Origin: Rhodospirillaceae bacterium
GTDB taxonomy: Bacteria > Pseudomonadota > Alphaproteobacteria > SP197
Reading direction: 5' to 3'
Assembly: GCA_002722885.1 (NCBI GenBank)
Contig: PBNE01000002.1
Coordinates: 258,278-322,277, forward strand
DNA: 64,000 bases
The notes under the pieces are model-generated. The model saw nothing but the letters and a program-made list of their open reading frames with translations. It did no database searches and was not told the DNA's origin. The translations under genes and the position numbers were made by a program. Shown piece after piece: positions 30,031 through 38,900 of this stretch; positions within the stretch are counted from its first letter, which is position 1, and every line of letters starts with the position of its first letter.

Positions 30031-31395
30031 ATGGTCTCGAACCTAACCGCGGTCCTGCAGGACATGGACCGCCAGCATCACATGCACCCCTTCACAGACA
30101 GCAAGGCGCTGAACGAAAAGGGTGTCCGTATCATCACCAAGGCCGACGGCGTTCACATGTGGACGTCAGAAGGCCGCCGCGTGCTCGACGGCATGGCGGG
30201 CCTCTGGTGTGTGAACATCGGTTACGGCCGCAAGGAACTGGCTGATGTTGCCTACCAGCAGATGCAGGAGCTGCCCTACTACAACACCTTCTTCCAGACC
30301 TCGACGCAGCCGGCGACCGAGCTTTCGGCCAAGCTGGCCGAGGTCACGCCCGAAGGCCTGAACCACGTCTTCTATGCAAACTCCGGTTCTGAGGCCAACG
30401 ACACCATCGCCAAGATGGTGCGCTGGTACTGGAATACGAAAGGTCAGAAGAACAAGAAGACGATCATCAGTCGCAAGAACGCCTACCACGGCGTCACCAT
30501 GGCGGCCGCCAGCCTGTGCGGCCTTTCGGCCATGCATCCGCAGTTCGATCTGCCGCTGCAGGGTTTTGTCCATGCCGACTGCCCGCACTGGTACCGTTTC
30601 GGCGGCGACATGGACCCCGAGGAGTTCGGCTTAGCAGCCGCCCGCTCGGTCGAGAACATGATCCTAGCGCTGGGCGCCGAGAACGTCGGCGCCTTCATCG
30701 GTGAGCCGATCATGGGTGCCGGCGGCGTGCTGGTTCCCCCGGCGAGCTACTGGCCGGAAGTGCAGCGCATCTGCCGCGAGCACGACGTGCTGGTGATCGC
30801 CGACGAGGTGATCTGCGGCTTCGGGCGCACCGGCACCTGGTTCGCCAGCGAGCAGTACAAGATCGATCCTGACTTCATGACCATGGCCAAGGGCCTGTCG
30901 TCGGGCTACCAGCCGATTTCGGGTGTCATGGTCCACGACCGTATCGCCGACACGCTGGTCAACATCGGTGGCGAGCTGCAGCACGGCTTCACCTATTCCG
31001 GCCATCCCGTGGCTTCGGCCGTGGCGCTGGAGAACATCAACATCCTGCAGCGTGAGGGCATCGTTGACAGGGTCGGTGCGGAAACCGGCCCCTACTTCCA
31101 GGAGCGGCTGCGTACCCTGGTCGATCATCCGCTGATCGGCGAAGTGCGAGGCCTGGGCCTGATGGCCGCGATCGAGATCGTCGAGGACAAGGCGACCCGC
31201 CGGTCGTTCGACGGCAACAAGGGTGCGGGCATGATCGTGCGCGAGGAAGCCTGGGAACGCGGCCTTCTGGTCCGCGCCACAAGCGATTCCATGGTCATGT
31301 CGCCGCCGCTGGTGATAACCCGGGAGAACGTCGACGAAATGATCGACGCGCTCACCGCAGCACTCGATGCCGCCGAGCCGCAACTGCGTGGCTGA
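30031..31395 (+). CDS. Class III aminotransferase (putrescine:pyruvate transaminase SpuC-like)
   Basis: HHMHPFTD, DGMAGLWCVNIGYG, NSGSEAND, IADEVICGFGRTG, MAKGLSSGY. Confidence 0.92.
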   Translation: MVSNLTAVLQDMDRQHHMHPFTDSKALNEKGVRIITKADGVHMWTSEGRRVLDGMAGLWCVNIGYGRKELADVAYQQMQELPYYNTFFQTSTQPATELSAKLAEVTPEGLNHVFYANSGSEANDTIAKMVRWYWNTKGQKNKKTIISRKNAYHGVTMAAASLCGLSAMHPQFDLPLQGFVHADCPHWYRFGGDMDPEEFGLAAARSVENMILALGAENVGAFIGEPIMGAGGVLVPPASYWPEVQRICREHDVLVIADEVICGFGRTGTWFASEQYKIDPDFMTMAKGLSSGYQPISGVMVHDRIADTLVNIGGELQHGFTYSGHPVASAVALENINILQREGIVDRVGAETGPYFQERLRTLVDHPLIGEVRGLGLMAAIEIVEDKATRRSFDGNKGAGMIVREEAWERGLLVRATSDSMVMSPPLVITRENVDEMIDALTAALDAAEPQLRG

Positions 31396-31409
31396 GCGCT
31401 CAACACGAT

Positions 31410-31450
31410 CACCGGCCCTGTTGCCCCATCATAAGACGGCAGGGCCGGTG
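31410..31450. terminator. GC-rich hairpin after the aminotransferase gene
   Basis: CACCGGCCCTG-N19-CAGGGCCGGTG, 11-bp stem 14 nt after the stop; only a weak U tract. Confidence 0.35.
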
Positions 31451-31482
31451 TACTTCTCCCTTTCCGACACCGGTAGCACGCC

Positions 31483-32034
31483 ATGATCGGCCGTTTTTCC
31501 CGCGCTCTGGATGGTATCCTGCCCGCCACCCTGGTGGCCGGCGTGATCCTTGTCATCATCGGTGTCTGGTTTGCTACGGAGCCCTACCGTTTCGATTACC
31601 CAGAGGAGAGCGATCTTGTGGCGGTCGAGGGTGAAGCCTTCGATGCCATTGAAGTCCGCCGGCGGCGCGGTGCCTTTCTCCGCTTCATGGTCGACGACCC
31701 GCTGGAGTACCAGGCGGTGTTCAATCCCGGCGAACGGCTGGTCCTCTACTACAGCTCCATGCCGAACTACGATGCCGTCACCCAGGCGATCGGATCCGGC
31801 CCCGCTATCTTCTGGCTCTGGCAGGACGCGGGCGACGAAACCGACAGCATGATCGTCTGGCAGCTTGAGAACGCCGATGGCATCGTGGTCAGTCGCGACG
31901 CGACCGTGGCCGGGTTTGCGGCATCACGCCAGGAGGCCGCGAAATGGCCCGGCGCGATCGCCCTCTTCGGTGTTCTTCTCACCATCATGGGCCTGCGGGC
32001 AAGAGCTCGGGCCAAACGGGGGCTGGGCGCATGA
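31483..32034 (+). CDS. Hypothetical two-TM membrane protein
   Basis: Hydrophobic segments near both termini; ATGA overlap with the GST gene. Confidence 0.7.
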   Translation: MIGRFSRALDGILPATLVAGVILVIIGVWFATEPYRFDYPEESDLVAVEGEAFDAIEVRRRRGAFLRFMVDDPLEYQAVFNPGERLVLYYSSMPNYDAVTQAIGSGPAIFWLWQDAGDETDSMIVWQLENADGIVVSRDATVAGFAASRQEAAKWPGAIALFGVLLTIMGLRARARAKRGLGA

Positions 32035-32696
32035 GCGGACCTGACGTCGTCCTTCACGGGCACTTTGAATCCGGCAATGTCTACAAGGTCACACTGCTTC
32101 TGGCGCTGACTGGCACGGCCTATGACTATCGCCATGTCGACATCTTCGCCGGTGAGACCAGGGACGACAATTTCACAGCGCTGAACACCTTCCAGGAAGT
32201 GCCGGTTCTGGAGCACGGCGGCACGGTCGTGACCCAGTCGGATGTCATCCTGCGCTACCTCGCCGACCAGCTTGGACGGTTCGGCGGGAAAAACGAGGAC
32301 GAGCAGCGCCGCGTGCAGGAATGGATGGCATGGTCGAGTAACAAGCTGATCAACGGCATATCGCAGGCCCGCTTCGGGTCCCGCTGGGCGAACTACGATC
32401 CCGCCACGATCACCTTCTTCCAGAACCGGGCTCGTGCGGCCTTCGATCTGATGGACCGCCACCTCGCCGACCACCCCTGGCTTGTCGGCGACGAGCCGAC
32501 CATCGCCGATTTGTCGGCTGCGGGTTACATCTATCTGGTCAACGAAGCCGGTCTCGATACCACCGCCTGGCGCAACATGCTGTCGTGGATGGGGCGTCTC
32601 TCTGTCCTTCCGGGCTGGCACCATCCCGACAAGCTTCCCCAAAAGAACGCCATCGTCGCGCCCACCGTGACCTTCGACGCCCCGGCCGACGACTGA
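32031..32696 (+). CDS. Glutathione S-transferase family protein
   Basis: SGNVYKV, EVPVL, QSDVILRYLA, WLVGDEPTIADLS; start ATG 32031. Confidence 0.92.
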   Translation: MSGPDVVLHGHFESGNVYKVTLLLALTGTAYDYRHVDIFAGETRDDNFTALNTFQEVPVLEHGGTVVTQSDVILRYLADQLGRFGGKNEDEQRRVQEWMAWSSNKLINGISQARFGSRWANYDPATITFFQNRARAAFDLMDRHLADHPWLVGDEPTIADLSAAGYIYLVNEAGLDTTAWRNMLSWMGRLSVLPGWHHPDKLPQKNAIVAPTVTFDAPADD

Positions 32697-33283
32697 TGGA
32701 TCACGAGGCCCTGGCGAACCTGCTTGCATCACGCCGCAGCCGCCGGGAGTTCGCACCGGGCGGCATTGTTCGCAGCGGGGTCGAGTCTGTACTTCAGGCC
32801 GGCCTGGGCCATGCCGGAGACGGACAACGCACCGCGCCGTCTGCCGGCGCCCTTTACCCTCTCCATCTGTTTGTCGCCGCCGTCGCCATCGACGGACTGG
32901 CGCCGGGCCTCTATCCGTAGAGCGCCGTCGACGGGTTCTCGTCCGCACTGTCGTCCGGTGATCTCAGCAGCGCGCTTCATGCCACCACGCTGGAGGATCA
33001 GCCCTGGGTCGGCAAGGCGCCTGCTTTGATCGTCATTGCAGCCGATCTTGAGAAAGCCAACACCACCTTCCACGAGCAGCAACCCGACGGACGGCGCGGC
33101 GAGCGTTATACCACCATCGAAACGGGCGCGGTGGCTCAGTCGATGTCTCTGATGGCCGAGGCCCGTGGTCTCACGGCTGTTCCCATCGGCGGCACCGGCG
33201 ATCAGGCGCTGGCCGAGGTTCTGGCGCTTCCTGCAGATCTGTCACCACTAGGCCTGTTCCTGTTGGGGTGCCGCCCGGCCTGA
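32696..33283 (+). pseudogene. SagB/ThcOx-like nitroreductase family pseudogene
   Basis: RRSRREF, RTAPSAGALYPL, GLYP-TAG(32918-32920)-SA, continuing in frame to ETGAVAQSMSL...GL..VPIGG. Confidence 0.8.
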
Positions 33284-33301
33284 ACATCGGAACAGACGCT
33301 A

Positions 33302-34864
33302 TCAGCCCGAAGCCGCAGGCTGTCGCCGCATCATAGTCCTGATGTCACCGAGGCGGAAGGCGCCCAGGACTTGCCCGGCGAGGGCATAGATCGCGAGGCC
33401 CAGCGCAACCAGTGCTGCAAGGCCCAGGGCGTCAGCAACGAAGCCCTCAGGCAGCCATTGCTCACGCGCCCAGACGCCCAGCCACAGGACTGCGGCCATT
33501 GCCGCTGACGCGAACAGGATGCGCGGCAGGCGGTGCTTGAGACGATCATCAGGGGCAAAATGGCCACGCCTGATCAGGATAAAGCAGAGGATACCGCCGT
33601 TGATCCATGCTGCGCCCGCGGTTGCCAGGGCGATGCCGACATGGCCGAGGGACCAGATCAGCGTGAGCATGATAGCGAGATTGCTTAGCAGCCCAACGAC
33701 CGCGACCTTGACCGGCGTCTTCGTGTCCTTGCGGGCAAAGAACCCCGGCGCAAAGACCTTGATCAGAACATAGGCCGGCAGGCCCACGGCAAACGCGACA
33801 AGTGCTGCCGCGCTGGCCGCGGTGTCGGCGGCGTCGAAGGCGCCACGCTCGAACAGCACCGCGATGATGGGTTCGGCGATGATCGTGAGCGCCACCGCCG
33901 CCGGCAGGCAGAAAATCATGACGAGCTCAACCGCACGGCTCTGGCTGTCGTTCGCGCCGGCCTGATCGTCGGCTTCGATCTGGCGTGAAAGCAAAGGCAG
34001 CAGCGCCGTGCCGACCGCGATGCCGATGACGCCGAGCGGCAGCTGGTTCACGCGGTCGGCGTAATAGAGATAGGAGATTGAACCGGTCGGCAGGAACGAA
34101 GCGACCCAAAGATCGATCACGAGGTTGATCTGCACGACGCCGGCGCCCAGTGCGGCCGGTCCGAACAGGCGCAGGACCTGTTTCACGCCCTTGGTCAGGC
34201 GCGGCAGCAGCAGCCTTGGCATTAGGCCTGCACGCGACAGGTTGGCGAGCAACAGCAGGACCTGGGCCACACCGCCCAGGGTTACACCCCAGGCCAGGGC
34301 GTGCCCGGCACCGATGGTGGGCGAGGCATAGGCCACCAGCGCCGCGGTGATCAGGCAGAGATTGAGCAGGATCGGCGCGGAAGCATAGGCGGCAAACCGG
34401 CCGGTCGAGTTCAGCATGGCGCCGTAGAGAGCCACGAGCGAGATCAGCAGCAGATAGGGGAAGGTGATTCGTGTGAGCTCGATCGCCAGCTCGAACTTCT
34501 GGGGCTCATCGGTGAAACCCGGTGCCAGACCCAGCATGACCCAGGGCATGGCGATCTCGAACGCCAGGGTCAGCACGACCAGAGCCAGAAGCAAAACGGC
34601 CATAACTTCGTCGGCCAACCGCTTGGCCTCAGCCTTGCCCTCGCCTTCAAGTCGCCCGGCGAACATCGGAATGAAGGCCGCGTTGAACGCGCCTTCGGCA
34701 AACAGGCGACGGAAGAAGTTCGGCAGCTTGAACGCAACCAGAAAGGCATCGGCTGCTATGCCGGCGCCCAGCGCGGCCGCGAACAGCATGTCGCGCACGA
34801 ACCCCGCCACCCGGCTGATCGCAGTCAGTCCGCTCACGGTCACAAAGGCACGGGCGAGGTTCAT
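33302..34864 (-). CDS. murJ: Lipid II flippase MurJ (MviN)
   Basis: SRVAGFVRD, AFKLPNFFRRLFAEGAF, LYYADRVNQLPLG, FFARKDTKTP. Confidence 0.97.
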   Translation of the reverse strand: MNLARAFVTVSGLTAISRVAGFVRDMLFAAALGAGIAADAFLVAFKLPNFFRRLFAEGAFNAAFIPMFAGRLEGEGKAEAKRLADEVMAVLLLALVVLTLAFEIAMPWVMLGLAPGFTDEPQKFELAIELTRITFPYLLLISLVALYGAMLNSTGRFAAYASAPILLNLCLITAALVAYASPTIGAGHALAWGVTLGGVAQVLLLLANLSRAGLMPRLLLPRLTKGVKQVLRLFGPAALGAGVVQINLVIDLWVASFLPTGSISYLYYADRVNQLPLGVIGIAVGTALLPLLSRQIEADDQAGANDSQSRAVELVMIFCLPAAVALTIIAEPIIAVLFERGAFDAADTAASAAALVAFAVGLPAYVLIKVFAPGFFARKDTKTPVKVAVVGLLSNLAIMLTLIWSLGHVGIALATAGAAWINGGILCFILIRRGHFAPDDRLKHRLPRILFASAAMAAVLWLGVWAREQWLPEGFVADALGLAALVALGLAIYALAGQVLGAFRLGDIRTMMRRQPAASG

Positions 34865-35023
34865 GGGGCAGACTTCTGGGCGGCAACAAGGGCGGATTTA
34901 CGGCACGACAGCCGGGATCAGACCGGAACAACCAATCCGATGTCGCAAGAACGCTATCACGCTGCAGATGTCGGGTGTAGTCGGCGCCACCGCTGCCGCC
35001 ACAGCCATGCGGGGAAAACGCTT

Positions 35024-35098
35024 ATGTCGGGATCCATCAAGTGTCTGCTCGTCGCCAACCGCGGCGCGATCGATCTGAAGCCGCTGCCGTCGCCCTAG
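35024..35098 (+). pseudogene. Micro-relic of a biotin carboxylase (acyl-CoA carboxylase alpha) gene
   Basis: GGGGA then ATG 35024: MSGSIKCLLVANRGAIDLKPLPSP*; LLVANRG is the canonical biotin carboxylase N-terminal motif. Confidence 0.55.
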
Positions 35099-35119
35099 AA
35101 CAACGCCGGCGCACAGGCC

Positions 35120-35974
35120 TCAATCCACCAGAGTGTCCGAACGCTGGCCTTCGTTCTCGACGTGGATCGGCAGGACGCGGCCGTAAAGCTGGCGGGTGCG
35201 TTCGACGCTGCCAACCATGGCGGGGTTTTCGACAAAACTGAAGATACCGACGTAGCGCGCGCGTTGGCCTTCGACCGGAGAGACACGGTGGAGCGCATAG
35301 CGACCCTTGAAGATTTGGAGATCACCGGGCTCGAGCGCCAGGGACCGGGGGGCGTCGCTGGTGCCGTCGAGCACGGCACGGACACCGTCGTAGTTCTCGT
35401 CGGTCGGCGTGCGCAGGCCCGGGCAGTATTCGAACAGGCCGCCGCCCTCGCCATTCCGGATCGCCAGCGTGACCGTGTAGTTGTTGGTGTCGAAATGCCA
35501 CGGGAACCCGCCTCCTGGCTCCACGACGTTGACGATCACATCGGCCAGCGGGTCGGCGTAGCGGTGAAACCGCTCTTCCTGCAGGGCGTCCTGAATGAAC
35601 GGCGCGAAGAACGGTACTTCGTAGATCGCACGCAGCATCGAGTCTGGGCCGAAGTTGTCGGCGGGCACGAAGGCGTTCGAGCGGTCATAGAAACGGCGCA
35701 GCGGATGCTTGGGCGCCAGGCTCTCATCGTCCTGTGTGAAGTAGGCGTTGGTACGGTTGAACGACCGATGGCCGAAGGGTGCTGTGCGTTCGGCCTCGGC
35801 TTCGAGGGAAGCCAGACAGTCGGCGCGGACAAAGCCCTTCAGAACGGCACAGCCGTCGTCGTCCAGATCCGCACGGATCGTGGCGAGGCCGGCGTCATAG
35901 TCCGGCGTGTCCGGCCGATGAATCGGATAACGCGTGAGGTCGATGATGTTCCGGGCGTCGGGCGAAACAGTCAT
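35120..35974 (-). CDS. Fe(II)/2-oxoglutarate-dependent oxygenase (BesD/HalD-related fold, HxD hydroxylase type)
   Basis: IDLTRYPI, DGCAVLKGF, FPWHFDTN, GGLFEYCP, PGDLQIFKGRYALHRV; start ATG 35974. Confidence 0.78.
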   Translation of the reverse strand: MTVSPDARNIIDLTRYPIHRPDTPDYDAGLATIRADLDDDGCAVLKGFVRADCLASLEAEAERTAPFGHRSFNRTNAYFTQDDESLAPKHPLRRFYDRSNAFVPADNFGPDSMLRAIYEVPFFAPFIQDALQEERFHRYADPLADVIVNVVEPGGGFPWHFDTNNYTVTLAIRNGEGGGLFEYCPGLRTPTDENYDGVRAVLDGTSDAPRSLALEPGDLQIFKGRYALHRVSPVEGQRARYVGIFSFVENPAMVGSVERTRQLYGRVLPIHVENEGQRSDTLVD

Positions 35975-35997
35975 GGCGGCGTAGTCCGTCTCGTGGG

Positions 35998-38900
35998 TCA
36001 GCCGGCCAGGGACCGCAGGGCGCGGCTTGCAACCGAGACCATAGCGAGATCGACAGGCCCCGCACTCTTGAGCTCGTTCAGCACAGCACTGGCCCGGTCG
36101 ACCCGGGTGCGGTTGTCGCCGATCCAGTGCCCCACGGCCTTGTCGGCAGACTTTCCAGACTGCGCTTCCAGCACGGCGGTGGTCAACAAGGTCTGCTGCT
36201 GGAAGCTCTCCTCGATCAGGGCCTGCTGAGCCAAACGGTCCCAGCGGTCCTCGACCGCAAGGCGGCCCAGCATGTCGCGCAGCCACTCGTTGCCCAGCTC
36301 CTCACCAACATCAAAGAAGATCGTGGCGACATCGATGACGTCGACCTCCATGGCCTCAGCCGTGTCGATCACGTCACAGACCGCCGACATGGTGCGCAGG
36401 CTGGCAATCAGCGCGGCAGTCTCGGCCGGAACGCCGTCCTTCTCGTAGCGCTTGGCTGCGCGCTGCATCGACTGGCGGCGCCGTGTGCTGACGAGCTCGG
36501 GCAGCTTCTCCTGCAGCGCGACCACAGCGGGACGATAGGCCGCGACAGTCTCGCCCATCGCCATGGGCTGGCTGCGGTTGCGCAGCATCCAGGCCGTCAC
36601 GCGCTCGATCAAGAGCATGGTCTCTTCCAGCATGGCGGTCTGAACCGACGCAGGCACCTTGTTGTCGAGCGCCTCGATGGCGAGCCAAGTGTCGCGCAGT
36701 CCAAAGGCATCGCGTGCCACAGCATAGGCCCTTGCGATGGCGGCAAAGCCGTGACCGGTCTGTTCGGCCATGCGCCGGATGAAGGTGATGCCGGCCCGGT
36801 TGACGATGGAGTTCGTGGTGAAGGTCGCCACGATCTCCCGCCGCAGCCGGTGGTTCATGATGATCTGGTGGAAGGTCTCCTGAAGCGGCACCGGGAAGTA
36901 GCGCACGAGATCGCCTTCAAGATCGGGATCGTCGGGCAGGTCGGAATCCAGCAGCGCGGGGTAGAGGTCCATCTTAGCGTAGGCCAACAGGACCGAGAGT
37001 TCCGGCCGCGTGAAGCGGCGGCGCTTGGTGGCCCAGTCCGCCAGCTCCTCGTCTTCGGGCAGGCCTTCGATGGTGCGGTCCAGAAGGCCGGCCTGCTCGA
37101 TGGCCCGCATGAAGTGGGCCTGCTCGTCGGTCCGCGTGACGCCGTGGGTTTCCAGCACGGTCAGCGTCTGGGTCTGGAGGTAATTGTCACGCAACACGAG
37201 ATCAGAGACCTCGTCGGTCATCTCCTCGAGCAGACGATCGCGCTGCTTGATCGTCATGTCGCCGGCTTCGACGACATCGCCGAGCAGGATCTTGATGTTG
37301 ACCTCGTGGTCCGAGCAATCGACACCCGCGGAGTTGTCAATGGCATCGGTGTTGATACGGCCGCCCGCGAGCGCGTACTCGATACGCCCGGCCTGGGTGG
37401 CGCCGAGATTGCCGCCCTCACCCACGACCTTCGCACCGACCTCCCTGCCGTCGACCCGGAGCCCGTCGTTGGCCCGGTCACCGACTTCGGCATGGCTCTC
37501 GTGCCCGGCCTTGAAGTAGGTGCCGATACCGCCGTTCCACAGCAGCTCGACATCGGCCTTCAGCATGGCGTTGATCAGCTCGGTCGGCGTCACGGTCTCT
37601 TTCTTGATGCCGAAACAGGACTGGATCTGCGGGGAGAGCGTCAGCGACTTCGCGCTGCGCTCAAAGATCGCGCCGCCCTCGGAGATCAGCGAGGCGTCAT
37701 AGTCGGTCCAGGAGGACCGCGGCAGCTCCAACATCCGCTTGCGTTCGGCATAACTCGTGGCCGCGTCGGGGTCGGGATCGCAGAAGATGTGGAGATGGTT
37801 GAACGCACCCAGCAGGCGGATGTGTTCTGAGAGCAGCATGCCGTTACCAAAGACGTCGCCCATCATGTCGCCGACACCGATGACCGTGAAGTCCTGGCTC
37901 TGGATGTCCTTGCCCAGCTCGCGGAAATGACGCTTCACCGCCTCCCACGCGCCCTTGGCCGTGATGCCCATGGCCTTGTGGTCATAGCCGGCCGACCCGC
38001 CCGAGGCGAAGGCATCATCGAGCCAGTGACCGTAGTCGCGAGCCACGCCGTTGGCGATGTCCGAGAAGGTCGCCGTGCCCTTGTCGGCCGCGACCACGAG
38101 ATAGGGATCGTCGCTGTCGTAGCGCACGGCCCGCTCGCGCTGGACGATCTCGCCGCCGACGATGTTGTCGGTGATGTCTAGCATGCCGGCCATGAAGGTC
38201 TGGTAGCAGGCGATACCTTCAGCCTGGAACGCCTCGCGCCCGCCCTCTGTCGGCGGCTTCTTGACGACAAACCCACCCTTCGAGCCCACGGGCACGATCA
38301 CGGCGTTCTTGACCATCTGGGCCTTCACCAGGCCCAGCACCTCGGTGCGGAAGTCCTCGCGCCGGTCCGACCAGCGGATGCCGCCGCGGGCCACAGGCCC
38401 ACCGCGCAGGTGTACCGCCTCGACGCGCGAGGAGTAGACAAAAATCTCACGCCAGGGCCGGGGCTCCGGCAGGCCTTCGATGGTCGTGGAATCGAACTTG
38501 AACGAGACGTAACTCTTGGGCCCGCCGTCTTCGCCGGTCTGGAAGAAGTTGGTACGCAGGCTTGCTTCGATCAGGTTGAGATAACGGCGCAGAATGCGAT
38601 CCTGGTCGAGCGAGGCGACCTCGTCGAGGGCGGCGGCGATCCGTTCCTGCACGGCCGCACTGCGGCCCTCGACATCGGCACGGTTGTCGGGGTCAAAGCG
38701 GATCATGAAAAGCTCGACTAGCAGCCTTGCAATCACGGGATTAGCCGCAAGCGTCTGCTCGACGTAGGTCTGGCTGAACGGCGCGTTGGCCTGGGTCATG
38801 TATTTGGCATAGGCGCGCAGCACAACGACCTGACGCCAGTCGAGCCCCGCCAGTACGAGATCGTTGAAGTCGTCGTCCTCGATCTCGCCGGACCAGACCC

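Noticed and set aside
32696-33283. SagB-like gene as evidence of a thiazole/oxazole RiPP cluster
   Set aside because: Stand-alone and interrupted, with no YcaO or precursor peptide nearby.
1643-35974. Radical halogenase call for the two BesD/HalD-like proteins (1643-2635, 35120-35974)
   Set aside because: Both retain the HxD carboxylate (HID, HFD); halogenases have Gly/Ala there.
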